Source: an uncultured Planctomycetota bacterium (lineage in GTDB: Bacteria; Planctomycetota; PLA2; JAEUHO01). From it: 64,000 bases of DNA. Numbering within the stretch: position 1 is the stretch's first letter; each line of letters begins with the position of its first letter. A program made the translations under genes and the position numbers. The stretch spans positions 256,001 through 320,000 of the forward strand of contig CAVVXN010000003.1 of the NCBI GenBank assembly GCA_963752285.1. The letters run 5' to 3'. Under the pieces are notes generated by a model, which was not told where the DNA came from, ran no database searches, and saw nothing but the letters and a program-made list of their open reading frames with translations. Below, one piece after another: positions 18,364 to 27,833 of this stretch.

Positions 18364-19275
18364 TCACCACGCCGCTCCGGTCTCGGCCCGGGCGTAGGAG
18401 GGGACCGGGCCGAGCCCGGCGAGGACCGTCCCCACGGGGGCGAAGGGGAACCGGCGGAGGAGCCCCTCCAGGCGGTCGAGGGTGCGCGAGAGGCCGATCC
18501 GGTGGCGGACCCGCATCCGTCGCTCGACGCCCGGGAGCACGGGCTGGTCGGGGTCCACCTCCCAGGGGTGGACGTACACCACGCCGGGCCAGCCCCGCTC
18601 GGCCGACAGAGAGAGCGCGCGCCGCGCGACGAAGCTCGGCAGCGCGCGGAGCCATCCGCCGCCGGCGGCGGGGAGGTTTCGCCCGAGCACGCGCCAGGTG
18701 GTCATGGGGAGCTCCAGGATCGAGCCGCCCGACGCCGTGGCGACGCGGACCGGGTGACGCGGGAAGTCGGGGACGCCGTAGCGGTCGTGCCGCACCGGGA
18801 AGACGCTGCTGCTCCACGCGTAGCCGTGCTCCGCCAGCACGTCGAACGCCCAGAAGGCGTCGCGGGAGATCGAGAAGGAGGGCGCGCGGAACCCCACGAC
18901 CCGCGCGCCGCACGCGGCCTCGATGGCCGCGGCCGCGCGATCGAGGTCCGCGCCGAACGACGCCGGGTCGAGCGTGTCCACGCGGCGGTGCTCGTAGCCG
19001 TGGGACGCGATCTCGTGCCCGCGCCGCGCGATCTCGCGGACGGCCTCGGGCGTGCGCTCGGCCACGCGACCCAGGACGAAGAACGTGGCCTTCGCGTCGT
19101 GTCGCTCGAAGAGGTCGAGGAGGCGCGAGACGCCGAGCTCCACCCGCGACTCGACCTGGTCCCACGCCGTCCGGTCGAGCGCCGACTCGAAGGCGGAAAC
19201 CTGGAACCACTCCTCGACGTCCACGGAGAGGGCGTGCCGGACGGACGCGCGGACCTCGGGCGGGGCGGGGCTCAC
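18364..19275 (-). CDS. XrtA/PEP-CTERM-system-type polysaccharide deacetylase (with DUF3473-like C-terminus)
   Basis: 'LSVDVEEWFQVSAFE', 'ATFFVLG', 'HEIASHGYEH', 'GFRAPSFSI', 'HDRYG', 'GGGWLR', 'YVHPWEVDPDQP'. Confidence 0.9.
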   Translation of the reverse strand: MSPAPPEVRASVRHALSVDVEEWFQVSAFESALDRTAWDQVESRVELGVSRLLDLFERHDAKATFFVLGRVAERTPEAVREIARRGHEIASHGYEHRRVDTLDPASFGADLDRAAAAIEAACGARVVGFRAPSFSISRDAFWAFDVLAEHGYAWSSSVFPVRHDRYGVPDFPRHPVRVATASGGSILELPMTTWRVLGRNLPAAGGGWLRALPSFVARRALSLSAERGWPGVVYVHPWEVDPDQPVLPGVERRMRVRHRIGLSRTLDRLEGLLRRFPFAPVGTVLAGLGPVPSYARAETGAAW

Positions 19276-20648
19276 GAGACCTCCTTCGCCGCGGGCCGCA
19301 ACGCGTCGTCGGGACGGGCGGCCGCGGCGGCGAGGACGAGGGCCGGCGCCGCGTACCACCACGGTCGGGCCAGGTTGTGCGCGGCGAGGCCCGACACGAA
19401 GAGGAGGAGCAGCGTCATCAACATGGAGAGGCAGAGGAAGCGGACGGCCCGGTCCCACGGCGACCCGGCCCGCCCGCGGCGCCGCGCCTCGGCCCCGGCG
19501 AAGAGGACCGTGGACGCGAGGAAGCCCAGGAACGCGAACACCCCGAAGAAGCCCTGCGTGCCGAGGAGCTGGCCCGTCAGGTTGTGGGGCATCAGGGTGT
19601 CCCCGTCGATCTTCTGCATCCGGTACGCGCTCCAGCAGCCGGGACCCACGCCGAGGATCGGTCGCTGGCCGGCCATCTGCCACGCGACCTCGTAGCCGCG
19701 GATCCGGCCCTCGGTGCTCTCCGCCTCGCTCTGGCTCTGCGTGCCGGTGATCCAGCCGAGGTAGCGGTGGATCGACCGCTGGTCGAGGTGCGTGCTCGCG
19801 ATCACGCCGGCGACGACGAGGAACCCGAGTGCCAGGACGCGCGCGCGGCGCGAGGGGAGCGCGGCGAGCGTGAAGAGCGCGGCGAGCACCAGGAGCACGA
19901 GGCCCGACCGGGAGCGCGTGAGGATCACCGCGAGCACGGCGAGCGCGCCGTAGAGGACGGCCCCCGCGCGGACCCACCACGAGCGGGTCGCGATCCCGAG
20001 CCACACGAGGACGGGGACCGCGAAGACCACGGTGGCCGCGAACGAGTTGGGGTCGGCGTGCGAGGTGCCGGCCCCCACCATGCGACGGACGCCCATGGCC
20101 ACCACGTACCGGCCGTTCGCGTACTCCTGGAGGCTCCGCACCAGGAACACGCCGTACCCGCCGGCCCAGGCGAGCGTCGCCCACAGGACCTCGCGACGTG
20201 TCCCGACGAGGAACGCGACGAGCGGGAAGACGAGGAGCGAGGGGAGCCGCTGGTCGAGGAGCGCCTCCCGCGCGAGCCCGGGGTCGAACGCCCAGAACGT
20301 CGAGAGCAGGTTCGAGGCGAGGAAGACGCCCCACCACGTCGCGAGGCGGCGCCGCGCCGCGCGCGCGAGGTCGGGGGTCGTCGTGCGCGCGTGGCGCGCC
20401 GCCCCGAGCTCGGCCACGAGCCGCGCGCCCGCGTACAGGAGCGCGAAGCCGCCGAGCAGGAGCCGCGGCCGGAACCGCGCCACCGCGGGCCACTCTTCGT
20501 CGATCGCGGCGCTGGCGACGAACAGGTAGAGGAGCAGCGCCCAGAAGGGGAGCGAGAACCCCCGCGGCACGCCGGGCCTCAGTCGCGCCTCGCCGCCGGT
20601 CGGGCCCGGGAGGTCCGCGCGCGGCAGGGGGGCGACCGTGGGGCTCAC
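19272..20648 (-). CDS. O-antigen ligase / Wzy polymerase family membrane protein
   Basis: Multiple TM segments; 'DPNSFA', 'LTRSRSG', 'RPILGVGPG', 'PHN'; GTGA coupling on both sides. Confidence 0.85.
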   Translation of the reverse strand: MSPTVAPLPRADLPGPTGGEARLRPGVPRGFSLPFWALLLYLFVASAAIDEEWPAVARFRPRLLLGGFALLYAGARLVAELGAARHARTTTPDLARAARRRLATWWGVFLASNLLSTFWAFDPGLAREALLDQRLPSLLVFPLVAFLVGTRREVLWATLAWAGGYGVFLVRSLQEYANGRYVVAMGVRRMVGAGTSHADPNSFAATVVFAVPVLVWLGIATRSWWVRAGAVLYGALAVLAVILTRSRSGLVLLVLAALFTLAALPSRRARVLALGFLVVAGVIASTHLDQRSIHRYLGWITGTQSQSEAESTEGRIRGYEVAWQMAGQRPILGVGPGCWSAYRMQKIDGDTLMPHNLTGQLLGTQGFFGVFAFLGFLASTVLFAGAEARRRGRAGSPWDRAVRFLCLSMLMTLLLLFVSGLAAHNLARPWWYAAPALVLAAAAARPDDALRPAAKEVS

Positions 20649-22255
20649 GCCGGCTCCGTCTGCGGGCGCGTGGGGAGGAGACGCCCGGCGTCGCCGAAGA
20701 GGGCCGGAGCGAGGCGCCGCACCCCGAGGGCGCCGGCGAGGCAGAGCGCGACGCAGAGGCCGGCCAGGAGCACGAGCGCGGGCCACGAGAAGCGGGCGTC
20801 GGCCGGCACGACGAGGAAGAGGAGGACGCCCGCGGGGAGCGCGGCGAGGACGGGGCCGGCCCACGTGCTCCGCCACCAGCCCACGAGGCCGACGCGCTGC
20901 TCCCGGCAGACGCTGAGGGGCAGAAGCACGCCGTGCACGAGGTACGCCGGCAGGGCCGTGCCCCACGCCACGCCGACGATGCCGAAGCGCCCCACGAGGA
21001 GCACGCTCAGGCCGAGGTTCAGCGCCCCCTCGAGGATCAGGAGCAGGGCCAGGGGGCGCACCCGCGCCATGCCGTAGTGCGCGGCGACGATCGGTCCCGA
21101 GGCGATCGCCGGCACCACGGCGAGCGTCATCACGAACAGGACGCCGGAGGACGCGTCCGCGAACTCCGGCCCCATCCAGCGATCGAGGAACGCCCGCCCG
21201 AAGACGAGCAGGTACACCACGATCGGCCCGGCGAGGAGGAGCACCACGCGCGAGCTCCCCTGGAGCATGCGACGGATGCCTTCGCGGTCGTCCTTCGCCT
21301 GGAGCGCGCCCGCGGCCGGCTCCACGACCCGCGCGGCGACGCGGAGCAGGTCGCGCGCGTAGTACGCGAGCTTGAAGCCGATCGCGAACCACGCGACGGC
21401 CGTCGGCGAGAGGGCGCGGCCGATGACGAGCGGGTCGGTCGCCCACGTGACCTGGAGGGCGACCGAGACGACCGTCGCCCACCCGCCGAACCGGAGGAGG
21501 GCGCGGAACGAGACGCGGTCCGCGAGGCGCGGGGAGAATCGGAGCCGCGGCTCGAGGCGGAAGGCGAGCGCCGTGTACCACGCCATCCCGAGGAGCCCGC
21601 TCCCCGCCACCACCGCGGCGAGCGCGAGCAGGCCGCCGCCGTTCGCCAGGACGAGCACGATCCCCGTGGTCTTCACCGCGAGCACGACGAGCCGCGCGCG
21701 GGCGAGGACGTCGTAGCGCTGCTTGCCGACGAGCACCGCGGAGAACGCGTTGAGCGGCAGCGTGAGCGCGAGCTCGGCCGCGACGAGGAGGAGGGCGATC
21801 GCGGCGGGCGTCTCGTATCCGGGTTGGACGCGCCAGAACCGCGGCAGGGCGAGCGCCAGGGGACCCGCGAGGAGGAGGATCGCCGCGCCCGCGAGCGCGA
21901 ACACGAGGAACGCGGCGTTCACGAAGCGGTTCAGCGACTCGAAGTCGCCCTGGGCGTCGTTCCGCGCCACGAAGTGCACCGCCGCGGGCCGTACGCCGAG
22001 GTCCGCGAAGCCGAGGTAGCCCGTGAGCGCGACCACGATCTCCCAGACGCCGTACGGCGAGGTCCCGAGCCGCGCCACGACGAACGGGGAGAGGAAGAAC
22101 ATGACGAGGGCCTGCGCGGCGAAGGACGTGGTCTCCCACGCGCCGTTCCTCACGAGGACGCGCCGCCCGCTGCCCGGGGGCCCGACGAACGCCCGCGCCC
22201 GCGCCCACGCACGGGCGGGCGCGGCCGGCCGGGCGGCCGGGGGGACGGAGGGCAT
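20645..22255 (-). CDS. Wzx-type oligosaccharide flippase
   Basis: 'FFLSPFVVARLG...YGVW', 'DLGVRPAAVHFVA', 'LNLGLSVLLVGRFGIVGVAWGT'; many TM segments. Confidence 0.85.
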   Translation of the reverse strand: MPSVPPAARPAAPARAWARARAFVGPPGSGRRVLVRNGAWETTSFAAQALVMFFLSPFVVARLGTSPYGVWEIVVALTGYLGFADLGVRPAAVHFVARNDAQGDFESLNRFVNAAFLVFALAGAAILLLAGPLALALPRFWRVQPGYETPAAIALLLVAAELALTLPLNAFSAVLVGKQRYDVLARARLVVLAVKTTGIVLVLANGGGLLALAAVVAGSGLLGMAWYTALAFRLEPRLRFSPRLADRVSFRALLRFGGWATVVSVALQVTWATDPLVIGRALSPTAVAWFAIGFKLAYYARDLLRVAARVVEPAAGALQAKDDREGIRRMLQGSSRVVLLLAGPIVVYLLVFGRAFLDRWMGPEFADASSGVLFVMTLAVVPAIASGPIVAAHYGMARVRPLALLLILEGALNLGLSVLLVGRFGIVGVAWGTALPAYLVHGVLLPLSVCREQRVGLVGWWRSTWAGPVLAALPAGVLLFLVVPADARFSWPALVLLAGLCVALCLAGALGVRRLAPALFGDAGRLLPTRPQTEPA

Positions 22256-22446
22256 CGGCACGGGCGGGGCTCCCAGCGGGGTACCGGACGCGGGTCGGAG
22301 GGCAAGCGCCGGGCCGCGGCGCGGCGCCGCCGCGTGGCGGCGCCGGTGTCGCGTCGCGAGGACGCCTGCGCCCGGGGTGTACAGGAATCTCGACGTCTGG
22401 GTAAGGTGCGGATCCCTCATCGGCTCCGGCACGCCCTCCAGGCGAG

Positions 22447-22462
22447 CGGCACCGGGGTTGCG
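22447..22462 (+). promoter_or_regulatory. Sigma-54 (-24/-12) promoter motif CGGCACCGGGGTTGCG
   Basis: GGCAC-N5-TTGC about 135 nt upstream of the epimerase/co-polymerase/kinase/priming-transferase operon. Confidence 0.65.
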
Positions 22463-22597
22463 ACGGACATGCCCCCGGCCCCGGGGGGCCTTGGATCGGG
22501 CCCCGGCGGTCGGGGTGAGGGACCGTGGCGGAAGCGAGCCCGGGGCGGCGTGGCCGCGCCGGGTCGTACGGGACCCAGATCCCGCACGGGAGCCTTC

Positions 22598-23548
22598 ATG
22601 AAGATGTGCGTGACGGGGGGGGCCGGCTTCATCGGGTCCCACCTGGTGGACCGGCTCCTCGAGGAGGGGCACGAGGTCGTCGTGCTCGACGACTTCTCGA
22701 CGGGCCGCCGGGAGAACCTCGCGGCCGCGGCGGACCGTGTCCGGGTCGTCCGGGGCGACGTCCGCGACCGCGCGGCGCTCGACGACGCCCTCGCCGGCGC
22801 GGACGTGGTGTTCCATCAGGCGGCCCTCGCGGCCGTCCAACGGAGCCTCGACGACCCGAGGACCGTCACCGACGTGAACCTCTCGGGGACGCTCGCGGTG
22901 CTCCTCGCCGCGCGCGACCTCGGCGCACGCCGCGTCGTGTTCGCCTCGTCCTCCTCCGTCTACGGCGACACCCCGGTCCTCCCGAAGGTGGAGACGATGC
23001 CGACGAGCCCGCGATCGCCGTACGCGGCGTCGAAGGCCGCGGCCGAGAGCTACCTGCTCGCCTTTCACGCCTCCTTCGGGCTCGAGACCGTCGCGCTGCG
23101 ATACTTCAACGTGTACGGCCCGCGCCAGTCGGCCCGGTCGCGCTACGCCGCGGTCGTGCCGCTCTTCTTCGAGGCGATGTCCGAGGGCCGCGCCCCGACG
23201 ATCCACGGTGACGGTCTCCAGACGCGAGACTTCTCGTACGTCGCCGACACGGTGGACGCGGTCGTACGCGCCGCGTCCGCACCCGACGCCGCGGGGCGGA
23301 TCCTCAACGTGGGTGGCGGAGGCGAGCCGGTCTCGATCCTCGATCTCGCGCGGATCGTGGCCGAGGTCGTCGGTTTCGAGGGCGCGCCCGTGCACGGTCC
23401 CGCGCGTGCCGGCGACGTCCGCGACTCGCACGCCGACACGACGCTGGCGCGGTCCCTGCTCGGCTGGGCGCCGCGGACGACGCTTGGCGAGGGCGTTCGC
23501 CGCATCCGCGACGCACGCGCGACCGCCGAGGAACGGAGCCGGACGTGA
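22598..23548 (+). CDS. NAD-dependent nucleotide-sugar epimerase/dehydratase (GalE/WbpP-like)
   Basis: 'VTGGAGFIGSH', 'ASSSSVYG', 'YAASK', 'LRYFNVYGPRQ'; GGAG Shine-Dalgarno. Confidence 0.92.
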   Translation: MKMCVTGGAGFIGSHLVDRLLEEGHEVVVLDDFSTGRRENLAAAADRVRVVRGDVRDRAALDDALAGADVVFHQAALAAVQRSLDDPRTVTDVNLSGTLAVLLAARDLGARRVVFASSSSVYGDTPVLPKVETMPTSPRSPYAASKAAAESYLLAFHASFGLETVALRYFNVYGPRQSARSRYAAVVPLFFEAMSEGRAPTIHGDGLQTRDFSYVADTVDAVVRAASAPDAAGRILNVGGGGEPVSILDLARIVAEVVGFEGAPVHGPARAGDVRDSHADTTLARSLLGWAPRTTLGEGVRRIRDARATAEERSRT

Positions 23549-25170
23549 ACGTGCTCCTCGCCGCGTCGTCCCGTCTGCTCCGCGTCGCGTGGTCCCACCG
23601 CTTCGCGTTCGCGGTGCCCGTGGCGACGCTCCTCCTCCCGGCGGCGATCTGGGCCGTGCATCAGCCCGACGTCTACACGGCGGAGGCGATCGTCCAGGTC
23701 CAGTCGCTCCAGCCCGAGAACATCGGCGGCGCGCTGCCCCAGGAGACCGCGGCCCGTCCGGACGAGCTCCTCCCGACGATCCGGGACCGGCTCTTCTCGC
23801 GGCCGAACCTCGTCGCGACGCTCCCGCTGCTGGCGCCGGGCGCCTCGCCCGACGACGCGCGGCGTTTGGAGGGCCTCGCGAAGTCGTTCCAGTGGCGACA
23901 GGTCGGGTACACGGCGTTCGGTGTCGGGCTCCAGCACGTGGACCCGGCCGTGGCCGCGAAGGGCGTGAACGAGCTCCTCCGCGCGTTCCTCGAGTCGGAG
24001 CGGGCGGAGCGGCTGCGGCGCGCGGAACGGAACCAGGCCTTCCACGAGCAGGAGTTCGAGAGCGCGCTCGCGGCGCACCGCCGCCTGACGGACGAGCTCG
24101 ACGCGCTCCGTGCCGCGCACGCCGACTCGCTCCCCGAGCGGAAGAGCGGGCTCGAGATGGAGCTGCGCCGCGTCGAGGCCGAGACCACCGCGGAGGCCGG
24201 GGTCCTCGCCGCCGCCCGCGCGCGCGTCCAGGCGCTCGACGAGCAGATCGCCGCGCTCGTGACCCAGGCGCCGGCACCCGGCACCCCGGACGCGAAGAGC
24301 GCCGAGGAGGAGGCGGTGGCCCTGCGGCTCGCCGACGCGGAGAAGGCCCTCGGCGTCCTCAAGGACGAGCTCCAGAAGGCCGAGATCCGCTACACGGACA
24401 AGCACCCCGACGTGCTGCGCCTTCGCGCCTCGGTCGCGAACCAGACGCGCGTGGTCGAGGCGGCCGTGGCCGATCTCGACCGCGTGCGGAAGCAGTCGCA
24501 CGGGCGCGCGCTCGCCGGCGCCGAGTCCCAGCGCGACCAGCGCCGCGAGAGCCTCGACCGCCTTCGCGACTCGGCGGCGACCGCGCAGTCCGAGGCCGAG
24601 GCGAAGAACCGGGCGCTCGCCGCCGAGGCGGACCGGATCGGGCGCGCGCTCCAGGAGGTCCCCGCGACCGAGCTCGCGATGCGCCCGCTCGCGCACGACC
24701 TGGACGAGGCGGCCAAGCGGCTCGAGTCCTTCCGGCGGGACGCGGCCGCGGCGCGCGCCGCCGCGGACTTCTACCGCAGCGGCGACCTCGCCGACGTGAC
24801 GTCGTTCCACGTCTCCGCGTGGGCGGTGCCGCCCGTGGAGCCCTCCGGGCCGGGGCGGGTCCGTCTGCTCGCCACGGCGATCGGGCTGGGCCTCCTCGCG
24901 GGATGGGGGCTCCTCGTCCTCCGTCGCCGCCTCGAGGGCACGGTGGTGTGGAGCGCACGCGACCTGGACGGCCTCCTTCCCGGAGCCGTGGTGGTCTCGG
25001 TGCCGCGCCTCGGCCCCGGCCGCCGTTCGCGGCGCGGACTCGCGATGGAGCTCGGCGCGACGCTCTACGTCTCGGCGCTCCTCGGCGCGACGGCGTTCCT
25101 CCTCGCGGCGCACAAGGGCTGGCTGCCCGCGCCCTCCTGGCTCGAGAGCTTCCTCGGGGGGCGGGCGTGA
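23545..25170 (+). CDS. Polysaccharide co-polymerase / chain-length determinant (Wzz/GumC-like)
   Basis: N-terminal TM plus 'PDVYTAEAIVQV'; long coiled coil with 'YTDKHPDV'; 'AVPPVEPSGP' plus TM; extra C-terminal TM. Confidence 0.85.
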   Translation: MNVLLAASSRLLRVAWSHRFAFAVPVATLLLPAAIWAVHQPDVYTAEAIVQVQSLQPENIGGALPQETAARPDELLPTIRDRLFSRPNLVATLPLLAPGASPDDARRLEGLAKSFQWRQVGYTAFGVGLQHVDPAVAAKGVNELLRAFLESERAERLRRAERNQAFHEQEFESALAAHRRLTDELDALRAAHADSLPERKSGLEMELRRVEAETTAEAGVLAAARARVQALDEQIAALVTQAPAPGTPDAKSAEEEAVALRLADAEKALGVLKDELQKAEIRYTDKHPDVLRLRASVANQTRVVEAAVADLDRVRKQSHGRALAGAESQRDQRRESLDRLRDSAATAQSEAEAKNRALAAEADRIGRALQEVPATELAMRPLAHDLDEAAKRLESFRRDAAAARAAADFYRSGDLADVTSFHVSAWAVPPVEPSGPGRVRLLATAIGLGLLAGWGLLVLRRRLEGTVVWSARDLDGLLPGAVVVSVPRLGPGRRSRRGLAMELGATLYVSALLGATAFLLAAHKGWLPAPSWLESFLGGRA

Positions 25171-25880
25171 TGCGCGTGCCCGGCGCTCCGGAGCCCGAGT
25201 CCCCCGCGCGCGGCCTCGTGCCGCGGCGCGGGACGGCGATCCAGCCCTCGGGGGCCTCGTCGCCCCTCGCGCTCGTCGCCGAGGGCCGCATCGTCCCCGT
25301 GCCCGACGCCGACGAGCGGTCGGTGGACGGGTACCTCCGACTCGCGGCCCACGTCCTCCTCGAGGCGGGCCGGTTCGGGTTCCGCACCGTCGGTGTGCTC
25401 TCGGCCCACGAGGGCGAGGGGAAGACCACGGCGGCCCTGAACCTCGCGGCGAGCCTCGGGCGCGCGCGCGGTCGCCAGGGGCGTGTGCTCCTGGTGGACG
25501 GCGACCCGCGGCGACGGACGCTGACCCGCCTCCTCTGTGGCGAGACGACCGCCGAGCAGGACCACGCGGTCCTCACGGCGACGTCGTTCGAGAACGTCGA
25601 TCTCCTGACGGCGCCGCATCCCGGCGCGGGCCCGCGCGTGAACGCGCCCGAGGCTTGGCTCGAGACGCTCGAGCAGGTCGCGACGGGATACCCGCAGGTC
25701 GTGGTCGACGGCCCCGCGGTCCTCGAAGACCCGGACGGGCTCGTGGTCCGCGCCTGCGTCGAGGCGATCGTGCTCGTGATCGAGGTCGGCCGGACTACGC
25801 GGAAGGCCGTGGAAGAGACGCTCGGGGGGCTCGGGCGTCGGGTGGTGGGCGTGGTGCTGAACGGTCAGGACGGGGTCTAG
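25170..25880 (+). CDS. CpsD/CapB-like BY-kinase/ATPase (no C-terminal Tyr cluster)
   Basis: Walker A 'SAHEGEGKTT', A' 'LLVDGD', Walker B 'VVVDGP', 'GVVLN'. Confidence 0.85.
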   Translation: MRVPGAPEPESPARGLVPRRGTAIQPSGASSPLALVAEGRIVPVPDADERSVDGYLRLAAHVLLEAGRFGFRTVGVLSAHEGEGKTTAALNLAASLGRARGRQGRVLLVDGDPRRRTLTRLLCGETTAEQDHAVLTATSFENVDLLTAPHPGAGPRVNAPEAWLETLEQVATGYPQVVVDGPAVLEDPDGLVVRACVEAIVLVIEVGRTTRKAVEETLGGLGRRVVGVVLNGQDGV

Positions 25881-25900
25881 AGACCCGGAGGGACGCTTCG

Positions 25901-27295
25901 ATGATCCAGCAGGTGGCCTTGGCCCCGCACGTTTTGGTGCGCACCCCCTCGACGCCGCGCCGCGAGATTCCCCGGCGCATGACGCCGGCGCACCCGGGCG
26001 CGGTGATCCTCCCGGCCGCCCTGGCGGTCGCCGGCACCGCCCTCGGCGCCGCCACGACGTCCGCGCTCGTCGGTGCGGCGTCCGGCGCGCGCCTCGGCGC
26101 GGCGTCGCTGGCGACAGTCGCGCTCCTCTTCGCGTACGTGGCCCGCGTGGTCCTCGCCGGCCGCCGCCGGCCGGTCCTGGCGCGCGCGACGTCCGTCGCG
26201 GCGGCCGCGCTCGCGGTGCTCGGCGCGGGGGCGCTCGGCTTCGCGCCCGAGGGCGGGCTCCCCGCGCTCGCCTCGATGGCGCTCCTTCCGGCGCTGGCCG
26301 TCGAGCTCGCCGCGCGGGGCCGCCGTAATCTCCTGCGCACGCACCTTCGTCGCGTGAGCCTCGTCGCGCCGAGCGAGATGGCCGCGGAGGAGGCGATCCG
26401 GCGGCTCGAGAACGTCCCCGGCCTCGAGATCCGGAGCGTCGTGATCCCGGGCTGCGACGTCGAGCGCGCGATCCGGATGCTCGAACGGCCCGTCGGCCGG
26501 ACGGTAGGCGGACGCATGCGCCTCGAGCCGGAGGTCGTCATCTCCTGCCCCCGCCGCGACGCGAACGTCGCGTCCGCCATCGCGCAGCTCGTCGCGCTGG
26601 GCCACACGGTGACGAGCGAGTCGGCGACGATGCAGGGCGCCGAGGGACGCGTGGACGTCGCCCGCGCGCACCCCCTGAACCTCCTGCTGGCGCGGCGGCC
26701 CGCCCCGGTCTCGGACGCGCTCCGGCGGGGCGTGGACGTGGTCGGCTCCGCCCTGCTCCTCCTGCTCCTCTCCCCGGTGTTCCTGGTCGCCGCCGTCGCG
26801 ACCTGGCTCGACTCCGGGTTCCCGATCTTCTACCGCCAGAGCCGCGTGGGCCGCCGGGGACGGCTGTTCCCGGTCATCAAGTTCCGCACGATGCGTCCGG
26901 ACGCGGAGGAGCAGTCCGGGCCCGTCTTCGCCACGACCGACGACCCGCGGGTCACCGCGGTGGGGCGCGTGCTCCGCCGGTATCGAGTCGACGAGCTCCC
27001 GCAGCTCGTGAACGTGCTCCTCGGCAGCATGACGCTGGTCGGACCGCGGCCCGAGCGCCCGCACTTCTTCAACGTGCTCCGGCAGGACGTGCCCCTCTTC
27101 GAGCTCAGGACCTGCGTGAAGCCCGGCGTCACCGGCTGGGCCCAGATCCGCCTGCCGTACACGGCGGAGAGCGACGAGGCCCGCATGAAGCTCGAGTACG
27201 ACCTCTACTACGTGACGCACCAGAACCTCCTCTTCGACCTCGCGATCCTCCTCGAGACCGTCGGCGTGGCGCTCACGGGCGCCGGCGCCCGCTGA
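25901..27295 (+). CDS. Priming polyprenyl-phosphate sugar-phosphate transferase (Bac_transf family)
   Basis: GGAGG Shine-Dalgarno; 'KFRTM', 'DDPRVT', 'DELPQLVNVLLGSMTLVGPRPE', 'KPGVTGWAQ', 'YDLYY'. Confidence 0.92.
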   Translation: MIQQVALAPHVLVRTPSTPRREIPRRMTPAHPGAVILPAALAVAGTALGAATTSALVGAASGARLGAASLATVALLFAYVARVVLAGRRRPVLARATSVAAAALAVLGAGALGFAPEGGLPALASMALLPALAVELAARGRRNLLRTHLRRVSLVAPSEMAAEEAIRRLENVPGLEIRSVVIPGCDVERAIRMLERPVGRTVGGRMRLEPEVVISCPRRDANVASAIAQLVALGHTVTSESATMQGAEGRVDVARAHPLNLLLARRPAPVSDALRRGVDVVGSALLLLLLSPVFLVAAVATWLDSGFPIFYRQSRVGRRGRLFPVIKFRTMRPDAEEQSGPVFATTDDPRVTAVGRVLRRYRVDELPQLVNVLLGSMTLVGPRPERPHFFNVLRQDVPLFELRTCVKPGVTGWAQIRLPYTAESDEARMKLEYDLYYVTHQNLLFDLAILLETVGVALTGAGAR

Positions 27296-27348
27296 TCTCG
27301 CGCGACCCGGGGGCGGCGTGGCAGCATGACCGCGTCCCCGGAGCCGCC

Positions 27349-27786
27349 ATGTGCCGTCTCGTCCGTGTGATCCGCGTCCCCTCGCGCGCCCCTCTCGCCT
27401 CGCTCGTCGCCGCCCTCGCCCTCGCCGCTCTGCTCGCGGGGTGCGGCACGAAGGGCGACGCGGCCGCCGGGTCCGGCTCGCCGTCGGTTCCCGCCATCTC
27501 GTTCTTCGAGCGCGCGGCGAAGAAGGACGTCCCCGGGATCCTCGCGCTCGGGACGCCGGGGTGGAGCGGCCGGGTGAAGGATGGGACCTCCGTCGCCTCG
27601 GCGATCGTCACGGGCGAGGTCTCGCCCCGCACCTGGGACCTTCGCATGGTGGACATCCAGGGCGAACGGGCGACGGTCGTCGTGCGCGTCGTGCTCGCCG
27701 CGGGCGACCAGACGAGCCCCGCCGAGGACCTTCGGTTCACGCTCGTGCGCGCCGACGGGACCTGGCGGATCGACGACGTCGAGTGA
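27349..27786 (+). CDS. Hypothetical lipoprotein (possibly NTF2-like)
   Basis: Lipobox LAGC; C-terminal 'GERATVVV...FTLVRADGTWRID'. Start may be GTG 27367. Confidence 0.65.
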   Translation: MCRLVRVIRVPSRAPLASLVAALALAALLAGCGTKGDAAAGSGSPSVPAISFFERAAKKDVPGILALGTPGWSGRVKDGTSVASAIVTGEVSPRTWDLRMVDIQGERATVVVRVVLAAGDQTSPAEDLRFTLVRADGTWRIDDVE

Positions 27787-27833
27787 CCGCCGCGGGGTTC
27801 GGGTACCCTCGTCGCGCCGCGACCGAGGACCCC

